Shown one piece after another: positions 52,188 to 60,717 of a stretch of DNA of 64,000 nt (its first letter is position 1; the number at the start of each line of letters is the position of its first letter). Both the position numbers and the translations under genes were made by a program. Under the pieces are notes generated by a model, which was given only the letters and a program-made list of their open reading frames with translations, did no database searches and was not told the origin of the DNA. The DNA lies in IMG/VR virus record IMGVR_UViG_3300021255_002539, positions 160,001 to 224,000 of that record, one strand, 5' to 3'. The DNA is from a virus. Taxonomy: Duplodnaviria; Caudoviricetes.

Positions 52188-53831
52188 ATGGAATGGTATA
52201 GACTTTACAAGGAATCTTCTGATGGATTGACCAAGGATGAGTTCGACAAGTTGTTCTACGACTATGTTGATGCTGTTGACGAGTATTATTGGCAGGAAGG
52301 ATACAAGTCCAAGACCGCCAATATGCTCAAATTGAAGATGAAGGAGTTCATTGACACTGTGAAGTCGAATGTGTCCAGTGACTACAAGCACGACGACCCG
52401 AAGTGGGAAGAGCATGTCAGTATGGTCATAATCGAACTTGACGACATCATAGGCGATGGAAATGACGATTGGATAGAGAGGAAGAAAAGGCAGTTGTGGT
52501 ATGACTTCATTGCTTACAAGTCCTTGCCTGGGGAGAACACCAACGAGTCCTCTGAAGAACCAGTTGACCTCAAGAAACTCCTCAAGTTGAATGGCGTGAC
52601 GAAGCTTCCATCCGGGAGCCAAATCAAGCCAAACAGAATCAGTTGGAGCAAGCGGGGTGGATATGCTGGCCGAAAGACACTTGACCAGATGCGCGAGGTG
52701 CTTGAAGACGCAGGATGGAAGAAGGGGGAGTGGAAGCCAGATGGTTCGCCAGATGGCTCTTGGGTGTCGAATTCAGACAGCTACACATCCCCCGACGGCA
52801 AGATAGTGATGTCCTACTATTCCTGCTATGGGGCGACATCAAGGGACAACAGCTACGGCTTCACATTCAAGTTGGCAGAAAGCCAAATGAACGAGTCGGA
52901 TGAATTGGACGATTGGAACGATGGCGTGCCGAAGGTATACAAGTATCATTCCGACGATACAATTTCCCCAAAGGAGTTTGCTTCCATTGTTCGTTCAACA
53001 GAGCATACAGTAGAGGACATATTCATTCAGAACAGTGACTTCTACGAGAATGCTGACGATCCTTGGGGGGAGTTTGTGAACGACATGTGCCAAGGCAAGT
53101 CCCCAGAGGAGGCGTTGGAACTTGACTACTACATGAATTCGTCGGCCCGGGAGCAGCTTCCAGACGACATTGCCAAGTATGTATATGCGAACGACTTTGA
53201 CGCAATGCAGTGGCTGCGTGGAATATTCGAGCGGCTTATGCCAATATGCAAAGACCCAGTAAATGAGTCTGAAATAAAGGGAACTGGCAGGGTCGATTTC
53301 GACGACGACCTGGTTGCCGTATATACCCCTGATGGAAAACTTGAATACAAGGGGTTGTTCGACGATTGCCCATACAAGGACGACGACATGAGGTACGACA
53401 AGACCACCATGACATATCGCATTGAGGGACCAAATGGCGACTATCGGACGATGGCGAAACTTGCTGAGAGCTGCAGGGAGTCCAGTAGATTTGGCTTCAA
53501 CATTGGAGACAAGGTTGAACTCAAGTCTGATGTCGAGCCAAACAGATTCAGCGGCAGGGGTGTTGTCCCCGCCGGGACAGTTGGAGAGGTTGTCGCAATT
53601 GACAAGCCCATGCGTGGTGTCATCAAGGTGAAGATTGAGGATGGAACAGTGGTTTCGGTGCCTGAGCGCAAGTTGAAGTTCGCAGGAACCGACAACGAGC
53701 CCTGGGAGAAGTACAAAGTCCCAGCGAAGCCAAAACCGTCATTGAAGGAAATCCTGGACAAGCATGGTCCAGAGGAAATCTACAACGAGCCTCCACCAGC
53801 AGACGGTTCTCCAAAGTGGACAGGTGACTGA
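52188..53831 (+). CDS. Multi-module late protein (putative internal head polyprotein)
   Basis: MEWYRLYKE|S; internal TNE|S, LAE|S, MNE|S, VNE|S, CRE|S sites; late promoter 52153-52160. Confidence 0.7.
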   Translation: MEWYRLYKESSDGLTKDEFDKLFYDYVDAVDEYYWQEGYKSKTANMLKLKMKEFIDTVKSNVSSDYKHDDPKWEEHVSMVIIELDDIIGDGNDDWIERKKRQLWYDFIAYKSLPGENTNESSEEPVDLKKLLKLNGVTKLPSGSQIKPNRISWSKRGGYAGRKTLDQMREVLEDAGWKKGEWKPDGSPDGSWVSNSDSYTSPDGKIVMSYYSCYGATSRDNSYGFTFKLAESQMNESDELDDWNDGVPKVYKYHSDDTISPKEFASIVRSTEHTVEDIFIQNSDFYENADDPWGEFVNDMCQGKSPEEALELDYYMNSSAREQLPDDIAKYVYANDFDAMQWLRGIFERLMPICKDPVNESEIKGTGRVDFDDDLVAVYTPDGKLEYKGLFDDCPYKDDDMRYDKTTMTYRIEGPNGDYRTMAKLAESCRESSRFGFNIGDKVELKSDVEPNRFSGRGVVPAGTVGEVVAIDKPMRGVIKVKIEDGTVVSVPERKLKFAGTDNEPWEKYKVPAKPKPSLKEILDKHGPEEIYNEPPPADGSPKWTGD

Positions 53832-53863
53832 TAAATACAATTATAGACAAAGAGGATAAACAC

Positions 53864-54394
53864 ATGAAATGGATTAAAATGAACGAATCAACTAGATATG
53901 ACCCTTGGCGAGGGGACGACATCAATGACTATGTTATGGAAATTCTCGCAAAGTTCACCAACGACATTCCAACAGACGAGGAATTCTTCAGAGGAAATTG
54001 CCTTAAATTCCTTGATGTCGACATCGTTGATGGTCACATGGAATACAACACAGTTGAAGGAAAATGGTCAAGCGAGAACACCTATCCACATCTACATAAA
54101 TATGATGGGTTTACCCAAGCAAGTCTTTCCTGTTTCCACAAGAATGAATTGCATGTGATAAATGGTCCTGACACATGGGTGTTTTATTTCAATGAATCTG
54201 CAACTTGGGAAGATGTCGTGGAAGCAGCAGTCCATTTTACTCACGATGTTGTCCCAGAATTGAGCGAGGAAGTCAAGGAAGAGATTTTGCATGCGTTAAG
54301 AGGAAAAGCAGTGACACAACACGCCATTGAATCGCTTATTCCAGTGATGAAAAAGTATGGTGGAAAGGACATATTTGTTCGCTCCGCTGGCTGA
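53864..54394 (+). CDS. Late protein with MKWIKMNE|S leader
   Basis: GATAAATA at 53830-53837; GAGG RBS. Confidence 0.65.
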   Translation: MKWIKMNESTRYDPWRGDDINDYVMEILAKFTNDIPTDEEFFRGNCLKFLDVDIVDGHMEYNTVEGKWSSENTYPHLHKYDGFTQASLSCFHKNELHVINGPDTWVFYFNESATWEDVVEAAVHFTHDVVPELSEEVKEEILHALRGKAVTQHAIESLIPVMKKYGGKDIFVRSAG

Positions 54395-54407
54395 AAGGAA
54401 GATCTGA

Positions 54408-55130
54408 ATGCTGGATATAGACAACTTGATAGCCGCAGGGGTTCAGACGACCCAGGAGATGGAAGTCAAGAAGGGGAGTGCCAGCTATGGCACAGGGAAG
54501 AACAAGAACGCCAAGGAAATTCCCTTTGAGATTGACGGTCACACCTACATGCTCGACTCCCAGGAGGAATGGTGCATGTTCAACTGGATCAAGGAGATGA
54601 AGGAACATGGTCTGCTCTTGGATTATGTCTACCAACCGGAGCACTGGGAATTGACCCCCAGGTTCGAATACACGCCATATCCAACGGTTGTGGACAAGAA
54701 GAAACGCCCTGTTGACGAGAAGTACGCGAATGTTCCGACGCCATTCAAGACCAAGTTCCTGATGCATCCCCACATCTACACAGCAGACTTCACCTTGAAG
54801 TTTGACGCGAACAACCTGAAGTTGATGGAGTATCTGTCACAGGCGTTCAAGTTGAGGTTGGACGATGTTCAGGATGGCGTTTTGACTTTGGTTGTGGACG
54901 TGAAGGGAACTTTCATGAGCAACGATGGCGGACGCAGTTTCTCCATCAACCAGAAAATGATGATGGCAGTCCACAACATCTACGTCCAAAAGTTCGTGCC
55001 AAAGGTGGCGTTCAAGAAGCTGGGCGTTCCAAAAAGATGCACCACCACGATGAAGTCCGGCAAGGCAAGCAAGGTGTTCAAGGGAATGAACTTCATGGAG
55101 ACTGTGCTTAAAAGGTTTTCCATATTGTAA
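54408..55130 (+). CDS. PD-(D/E)xK endonuclease (DUF1064/TnsA-like)
   Basis: DSQEE..F..YQP..YTADF..VVDVKG. Confidence 0.65.
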   Translation: MLDIDNLIAAGVQTTQEMEVKKGSASYGTGKNKNAKEIPFEIDGHTYMLDSQEEWCMFNWIKEMKEHGLLLDYVYQPEHWELTPRFEYTPYPTVVDKKKRPVDEKYANVPTPFKTKFLMHPHIYTADFTLKFDANNLKLMEYLSQAFKLRLDDVQDGVLTLVVDVKGTFMSNDGGRSFSINQKMMMAVHNIYVQKFVPKVAFKKLGVPKRCTTTMKSGKASKVFKGMNFMETVLKRFSIL

Positions 55131-55160
55131 ATATTACAAGAGTACAAAGAGGACAAATCT

Positions 55161-55496
55161 ATGAAATGGAGAAAACTGTACAAAGAATCCGAAAATGATT
55201 TCTATGCCACGCATTCAAACAGAGAGATACTGGAAACATTGATGGAAGATATAATGTCTGTCCTTCCATTGAGATACCAGGTTGAGATTATTGGCAATGA
55301 AATCGTGATTCCATTTGACACAACCAGATTTAGATTTAGGGACGTTGATAGTATCAAGATAAGTGACGCGATTCAGGAATTGGTGGATGAGGTTCGGGCA
55401 ATCGTTGACGCTTTCTGCGACATGAATGGAATTGAGAACAGATTCAAGGTGGATAGGTTTTTCGGAGACCCTGGAGTGAGCGTCTCCTTAACATGA
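55161..55496 (+). CDS. Late protein with MKWRKLYKE|S leader
   Basis: TGTAAATA at 55126-55133; GAGG RBS. Confidence 0.65.
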   Translation: MKWRKLYKESENDFYATHSNREILETLMEDIMSVLPLRYQVEIIGNEIVIPFDTTRFRFRDVDSIKISDAIQELVDEVRAIVDAFCDMNGIENRFKVDRFFGDPGVSVSLT

Positions 55497-55570
55497 CAAG
55501 TGTAAATGACTTTCGCTTTACAATTCTCACCAGATGTGGTACAATGGATTGAGAAAGGAAACTTAAATCC

Positions 55571-55867
55571 ATGATAGAAATTGAATATAAATTGACAGAA
55601 GACGAAACCAAGATGGTCAAGCGTTGGGCGCCGATTCTAGAGAAGTGTGGAAACCTTGCAACCCCCAAGGAAAAACTGTATCTTGCCAACACACTTGATG
55701 CATTTAGGCAGAGTTACAATGCAGCCAATCTAAAAGACAGAATATTGGAAGATGGTGGGACAATCTACATATCCAATCCAACCGGAACCAAGCGACTTGC
55801 GATTTCATATGACGACAAGGGAGATTTTTCCATAACTAGTCAGCACAGGGATTGGGTCAACAATTGA
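55571..55867 (+). CDS. Small protein resembling the MCP N-terminal propeptide
   Basis: VKRWAPILEK..KEKLYLANTLD versus MCP LKRWAPVLEK..EKKLVLAQVLE; sigma70-like TTTACA-N17-TACAAT upstream. Confidence 0.65.
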   Translation: MIEIEYKLTEDETKMVKRWAPILEKCGNLATPKEKLYLANTLDAFRQSYNAANLKDRILEDGGTIYISNPTGTKRLAISYDDKGDFSITSQHRDWVNN

Positions 55868-55881
55868 CCACTCCAACCCCC

Positions 55882-55911
55882 TTGACTTTTCGAGGGGGTT
55901 TGTGCTATAAT
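55882..55911 (+). promoter_or_regulatory. Sigma70-type promoter TTGACT-N18-TATAAT
   Basis: Extended -10 TGCTATAAT; overlaps a terminator-like hairpin. Confidence 0.7.
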
Positions 55912-55942
55912 ATAGTCGTCAAGTGAGGAAAAGGAGATTACC

Positions 55943-56158
55943 ATGAACGACATCAACGACACCATCGCCACCTACGAAGCCAACCTTCGGGATGCTGAGA
56001 GGGATATCGAAAAGGCACTTCAATCCATTTGCGACCTCTATGGGGATGGCCAGCTTACTGAGGTGCGCAAGACCCTCAACGAAGCCCTGGCAATGGTTCA
56101 GTACAACCTGGGTGGGACATACCTGCTCTACGACAACCCTGAGATCAAGAGGTCGTGA
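55943..56158 (+). CDS. Early hypothetical protein
   Basis: AAGGAG RBS, own promoter. Confidence 0.65.
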   Translation: MNDINDTIATYEANLRDAERDIEKALQSICDLYGDGQLTEVRKTLNEALAMVQYNLGGTYLLYDNPEIKRS

Positions 56159-56204
56159 AGGGGTATTGAGTATCAACATAGTTGATAATAACACCCAAAG
56201 GGTA

Positions 56205-56234
56205 TTGACAAGACCGATGCATTTGTGATATAAT
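56205..56234 (+). promoter_or_regulatory. Sigma70-type promoter TTGACA-N18-TATAAT
   Basis: Consensus boxes with extended -10 TG. Confidence 0.8.
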
Positions 56235-56272
56235 ATTGGCGTAGTGAGGAGAAGTCTAAAGGAGCAGACGCC

Positions 56273-56695
56273 ATGATTGACTACAACAAGATATTTGACC
56301 GTAATGCCCATACCACTGATGTTGGGGAGCTTCTTCTGGTTCTGTTCGACCGAAACAACACACTGGCTGACAAGCGCAAGGTGTGGAGAAAGTGGCGTGA
56401 CGAATACTTCTCCAACGATGTCCTTATCGAGTTCTTCTCAGACTCGTTGTTTGCCAAAGACAGACCCAACTACTTGGATGCCGTATTTCAGGGGAACTAC
56501 AAGAACTTCTATGAGATGGCGTGTTCGCTTGACATTGCTGGCATAGATCCCAGGGCATACTACATCTATTGGATTCTGTGCTATGGACATTCATTTGCAT
56601 CTGGTCTCCTCAAGGAGGCATTGGAGTACGACCCCGAGACCATCAAGGGTATGTTCCCGGACATTGAGCAGGTAATCATGGACAAGGGAGTTTGA
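56273..56695 (+). CDS. Early hypothetical protein
   Basis: AAGGAG RBS. Confidence 0.65.
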   Translation: MIDYNKIFDRNAHTTDVGELLLVLFDRNNTLADKRKVWRKWRDEYFSNDVLIEFFSDSLFAKDRPNYLDAVFQGNYKNFYEMACSLDIAGIDPRAYYIYWILCYGHSFASGLLKEALEYDPETIKGMFPDIEQVIMDKGV

Positions 56696-56699
56696 CACG

Positions 56700-57065
56700 A
56701 TGAACCCTTTGATGTCAGAAGCCCGAATCTTGGAACTCATAGATGAGGCGCACAACCATCAGATGAGGTGGTCTAGTTGTGATTTCAATTCAATTCAGTT
56801 CAAGATACGAGATGACAAGAAGTTCAGGAATGTGTATTTCTCTGATGTAATTGAATATTGTAGGCAATCCCATAGGCTGGACGAAATTCCCTCGGTGATG
56901 TTTGACTTGTCGCTCCACCAATTCTACATATCGAATGTGAAGGCACTCGCATATGGAATTCTGCGTGTCACTTTCAAGCATTGCGAACACGGTCGGGACA
57001 CCAACTATGGGGCTGACACCATAGATTGTCTTATGTCAGTGGCCAAAAGGATGCTGAAGTTGTGA
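56700..57065 (+). CDS. Hypothetical protein
   Basis: Operonic spacing. Confidence 0.6.
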   Translation: MNPLMSEARILELIDEAHNHQMRWSSCDFNSIQFKIRDDKKFRNVYFSDVIEYCRQSHRLDEIPSVMFDLSLHQFYISNVKALAYGILRVTFKHCEHGRDTNYGADTIDCLMSVAKRMLKL

Positions 57066-57088
57066 ATAACTTGAAAGAGGATACAACC

Positions 57089-57397
57089 ATGTCACGGGAA
57101 TACAAGATGCCCAAGGCAATTGAGAACAAGCTCCACGCAATCTATGACGCTGAGGAATATGGGGATTGCGCAGAACAGGCTGTGATTGACGCCGCGTCCG
57201 AATTTGGCTATGAGGTCGAGGACGAGAAGGTATCTCAGCAGGATAGGGGTGATGGTGGCTTCATGCGCGATGTGAAGCTGGTGAAGCGAGAGCCTGGTCC
57301 ATGGGGCGAGGTAGTTCATGTTGGTTGGGCGCACTTCAACCATCCTGGTTCAGACTATGCCCATCACCGTGACGAGTGGTACATGTACTTCCTGTGA
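57089..57397 (+). CDS. Hypothetical protein (MSREYK...)
   Basis: GAGG RBS before ATG 57089. Confidence 0.6.
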   Translation: MSREYKMPKAIENKLHAIYDAEEYGDCAEQAVIDAASEFGYEVEDEKVSQQDRGDGGFMRDVKLVKREPGPWGEVVHVGWAHFNHPGSDYAHHRDEWYMYFL

Positions 57398-57398
57398 T

Positions 57399-57860
57399 TC
57401 ACAACTTGTGGATGAACACCTTTGTGTTCGCAGACCCAAACTTGACCATTATCTTGTTGAGCATCGTGTTCCAATCGCCACCAGCAAGTCCACATCCAAT
57501 TCCATAGGGCATGTGGATGTCCAGGTTGAAGTAGTTTGCGATGTCCTCCAATTTGTCCAGAATTGTGTTCCATGCGCCATATTCGGTCATGTTGCCTTGT
57601 CGCCCTGGATATACTTGCCCAAAGCAATTTGCCACCACCAGGTTGTTTGACACCAAGGTATCCTGAACATGCCCAAGCAACTTCTTTGGGTTCTCCACGA
57701 ACGAATCGCAATCTTCCTTGTAGTTCTTGTACACCACAGGCCATTTGTTCTTGATTTGAAGCGCGATTCCAGCCCCCATTGCGCCAATGCAGTTTACTTG
57801 GTGGCATATTATCCCTGACTGGACTTCAAGCAAATCTGAATGTTCAAGTGTCCGAACCAT
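57399..57860 (-). CDS. Macro domain protein (ADP-ribose processing; TARG1/DarG-like)
   Basis: DLL..IICHQVNCIGAMGAGIA.QIK..VANCFGQ..MPYGIGCGLAGGDW. Confidence 0.88.
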   Translation of the reverse strand: MVRTLEHSDLLEVQSGIICHQVNCIGAMGAGIALQIKNKWPVVYKNYKEDCDSFVENPKKLLGHVQDTLVSNNLVVANCFGQVYPGRQGNMTEYGAWNTILDKLEDIANYFNLDIHMPYGIGCGLAGGDWNTMLNKIMVKFGSANTKVFIHKL

Positions 57861-57869
57861 GGTGATGTA

Positions 57870-58130
57870 TTAGAATGTGGAGTGGATCATAATTGGGCCA
57901 TACTCTCCAGCATATGGCAGGCTGCGTAGGGTATTGTACCCAATCCAGTCATATGCCTCCTCGTGGGTCATCCCCTCTTTCACCAGACATTCCGCGAACT
58001 TGTCGTAGTCATAGACAACATGGTGGCCATCGCAGGTCAATCCCACTATGGCATCTTGGTATTGATCGGGCGTGTCTCCGAGATAGACCAAATCCTCGTT
58101 CTGGTTCTTCAGTTGCTCAATGTCAATCAT
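57870..58130 (-). CDS. Conserved-looking phage hypothetical protein
   Basis: DAIVG..VVYDY.K..GMT.EEA..WI.YN..P; ATGA overlap. Confidence 0.65.
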   Translation of the reverse strand: MIDIEQLKNQNEDLVYLGDTPDQYQDAIVGLTCDGHHVVYDYDKFAECLVKEGMTHEEAYDWIGYNTLRSLPYAGEYGPIMIHSTF

Positions 58131-58518
58131 TGCTTGTCTCTCTCCTTTCAACTTCCAGACAAATTGTCTTTCCGTCAGATGGAATTCCCTTCCATCCAAG
58201 AATCTCATATGGCTGTCCGATGTCCACTTTCGCCACTATGAAGTCTGTGTCGAATATCTTGTATTGCTTCCCTTCAAGTTCAATGTCCACCCCAACTGCC
58301 TCTGTCATGACGACATCATTTGGTTTCAGGTTGATCTTCTTGAACTGGCCATTACCCTTCACCCACTTGACCTTGTAGAGCTTGAGGTTGTCCTTGGAGA
58401 GCCTGTCGTCAAGCTTCGTGGATGCAAGGAATGTGTTGCCAAAGTCAGCAACGCTGACATCAGCGTTCCAGCATTCCTCGCAGATTATCCTGTTGTCTCT
58501 GGTTATCTCGATGTCCAT
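58123..58518 (-). CDS. GroES-like co-chaperonin (single domain)
   Basis: NRIICE..V..V.G..LKPNDVV..GVDIELEGKQYKIFDTDFIVAKV. Confidence 0.65.
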   Translation of the reverse strand: MDIEITRDNRIICEECWNADVSVADFGNTFLASTKLDDRLSKDNLKLYKVKWVKGNGQFKKINLKPNDVVMTEAVGVDIELEGKQYKIFDTDFIVAKVDIGQPYEILGWKGIPSDGKTICLEVERRETSND

Positions 58519-58530
58519 GTTGTATTGTAA

Positions 58531-59274
58531 TTAGTTCTCAAGAGTTTCGGCATTCGTGTCGTCCGAGAAATGTGCAGAATGCACGAAATATGTGGGACTC
58601 AACTTGAAAATATGCCTATGCGTGTTCAATGTGGTATTGAAGTAGACATCAACATAGATGTAGTCTGTCTTGTCCAATGTCTTGTTGGTTATTTTCCATT
58701 TGCTTATTATGCCGGAGTAGGATTTTTTCAACTCTTTCAATCCCTTGTCGATGAACTTCTTGGTCTTGCTCATGCTGAATGGCTCTTTTGCCGATTCACG
58801 GATTCCATTTATTGACGAGATGCATTGTTCCTGAATGTCGCAGTCTGCCATCATGGTCTTGTCCAACGCATTTTCCTTGTATGGAACATGGAGATTGTGC
58901 TGCCTTTTCGCAGATTCGCTCAATGACTTCGCCTTTTTCCTGTCAACATCCAAAAGACGCATAATCCTATTGACATGCTTGGTCGAGTATTCATTGAACG
59001 GAAAGTCAGTTATTGCCATTTCCCTTTCCGTGTTTTTGAGGGTCTTGATTCTCTCGGACTTGCTTGGCATCTTGGCGTCCGAAGCAGTGTTCTTGGTGTG
59101 AAGACCCTCTCTCAGCAAAATGGATTCCAATTCCTTCGTGATGTCCTTTGCAAGCACATCCCTGTTCTTGCGCAGAAGTTCCATGAACTCGTCCAGAGCT
59201 TTCCTGGACTTGCTTTTGTCTTGTTTCAATGACTTCTTGGCTTTCTTGCTCGTTTTGGTGGGTTTCTTGTTCAT
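58531..59274 (-). CDS. Basic hypothetical protein
   Basis: Lys-rich ORF in a co-oriented run. Confidence 0.6.
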   Translation of the reverse strand: MNKKPTKTSKKAKKSLKQDKSKSRKALDEFMELLRKNRDVLAKDITKELESILLREGLHTKNTASDAKMPSKSERIKTLKNTEREMAITDFPFNEYSTKHVNRIMRLLDVDRKKAKSLSESAKRQHNLHVPYKENALDKTMMADCDIQEQCISSINGIRESAKEPFSMSKTKKFIDKGLKELKKSYSGIISKWKITNKTLDKTDYIYVDVYFNTTLNTHRHIFKLSPTYFVHSAHFSDDTNAETLEN

Positions 59275-59293
59275 GTTTGCGTGATCCTTTCTG

Positions 59294-59896
59294 TCAATCG
59301 TTGACCTTCGCTATGATGGCGTCTGTCTTGTAGATGAGAATTGGCTTGTCTGGATCCAGGCTGGAATCCCCCTTGAAGCCATGCAGGGTGTCGTGTTCGT
59401 CCTTCGTGAGCAGAACCTTGTCGCCAACCTTGAACTTGGATGCGTTGTCCTCTGCCCCATCGTATGGAGGGGTGATGGACTTGATTACGCCGATGTGCAT
59501 CTCGTCTGATGTTGGGATTATGAAGCCACCACTCTTGTTTTCGTTGGACTCATTGACCTCCTGCACTATGCATCTGCCACCCATTGCCCTGTACTTGGTC
59601 TTCTCTGGGTTGGATTCCATTATCAGTCCTGTGTACCTTAGAACCGCTATTGGTTGGGTGTGGTAGAATGTGGACAGGGTGTCGTAGAACGCCCAGTCCC
59701 CCTCCTGCAAATTGGTCTCGGACTTCGCCTTGTCTCCAATCTTGAGTATCTGGGCAAATCCAACCCGAAGGTTTCTAAGCGCGTCGTCCCCAATCACGAA
59801 GCCGGATGACTTCGTTGACAATGTGTCGTTGTCCTTGATCCTAATCACCACGCAGTCTGAAGCTGGCTCGATGTTCTCGTTGTCGAAATGTATCAT
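59294..59896 (-). CDS. Tandem two-domain GroES-like co-chaperonin (200 aa)
   Basis: IEPASDCVVIR..SSGFVIG..ILKIG..EGD and MGGRCIVQ..SGGFIIP..GVI..FKVGDKVLL..DAIIAKV. Confidence 0.75.
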   Translation of the reverse strand: MIHFDNENIEPASDCVVIRIKDNDTLSTKSSGFVIGDDALRNLRVGFAQILKIGDKAKSETNLQEGDWAFYDTLSTFYHTQPIAVLRYTGLIMESNPEKTKYRAMGGRCIVQEVNESNENKSGGFIIPTSDEMHIGVIKSITPPYDGAEDNASKFKVGDKVLLTKDEHDTLHGFKGDSSLDPDKPILIYKTDAIIAKVND

Positions 59897-59984
59897 ATGA
59901 TGTAGCCTTTCACCTTTCAATTATACGAAAACGCGCCCCCTATTGAAAGGAAGCGCGTTTCGCCTTGTGATGTGTCGGTTTGTC

Positions 59985-60689
59985 TCACATTTCGTCTTCT
60001 GGCAAGTCCTCGTAGTAATCCATGCCGTTTTCCAATGCGGCATTCTCCATATACTGCCAAAACTCGTCCTTGATTTGCTCTCCCTTCCAATCGTCGTCAA
60101 GAACCTCGTCCAAATTGGGGCCAAGGTACTTCGCTATTTCATCATCCCCCCAACCTGCGCTTGACAAGTAGTCGTAGATGTCATATGCAATTCTCTGCAT
60201 TGTCTTGTCGTCGAGTTGGCTTGCAGCCATTGGTTCGGGCAGTGATTCGTAGTCGTACCTCGTGATTGTCACGCCCTTGTAGGTGAATTCCTTTTCCATG
60301 TCATCAAAGGACTCCTTGAGCATTTTACCCTATACCATCTTGAAGTCAGCAACTTTATTGCCATTCTGACTTATGACAATGAATTCGTCGTCTTCAACCC
60401 AAATAGCTTTTCCGTTACATTTACGGGCAATGAAATTTCCATTTCGTTCAATCCACTGTTTACATGACTTCATGGAATTAAAAGTACGGATTTGGTCTTC
60501 ATTCCAATTTTCGCATGATGCAAGGCAGGTAATGTGTCCCATATCATTGGATTCCTTGAACATCAGCACTTTGCCTTTGTTGGTCTTGAATACCTTGCCA
60601 CTTTCTGACACGTATTCAAGTTTGCCGTATTTGCGCGTGAAGTAGTTGCTTTTTTCAAAAGCTTCCTTCGTTATTGGTAGTTTCTTCAT
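59985..60689 (-). CDS. 47-aa conserved leader plus two cargo modules (234 aa, 1 TAG=Gln)
   Basis: MKKLPITKEAFEKS...VLMFKE|S; TAG 60330 then GKMLKE|S and a second module. Confidence 0.75.
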
Positions 60690-60717
60690 GTTTTGTTTCC
60701 TCGTTATTTGTCGAAAA

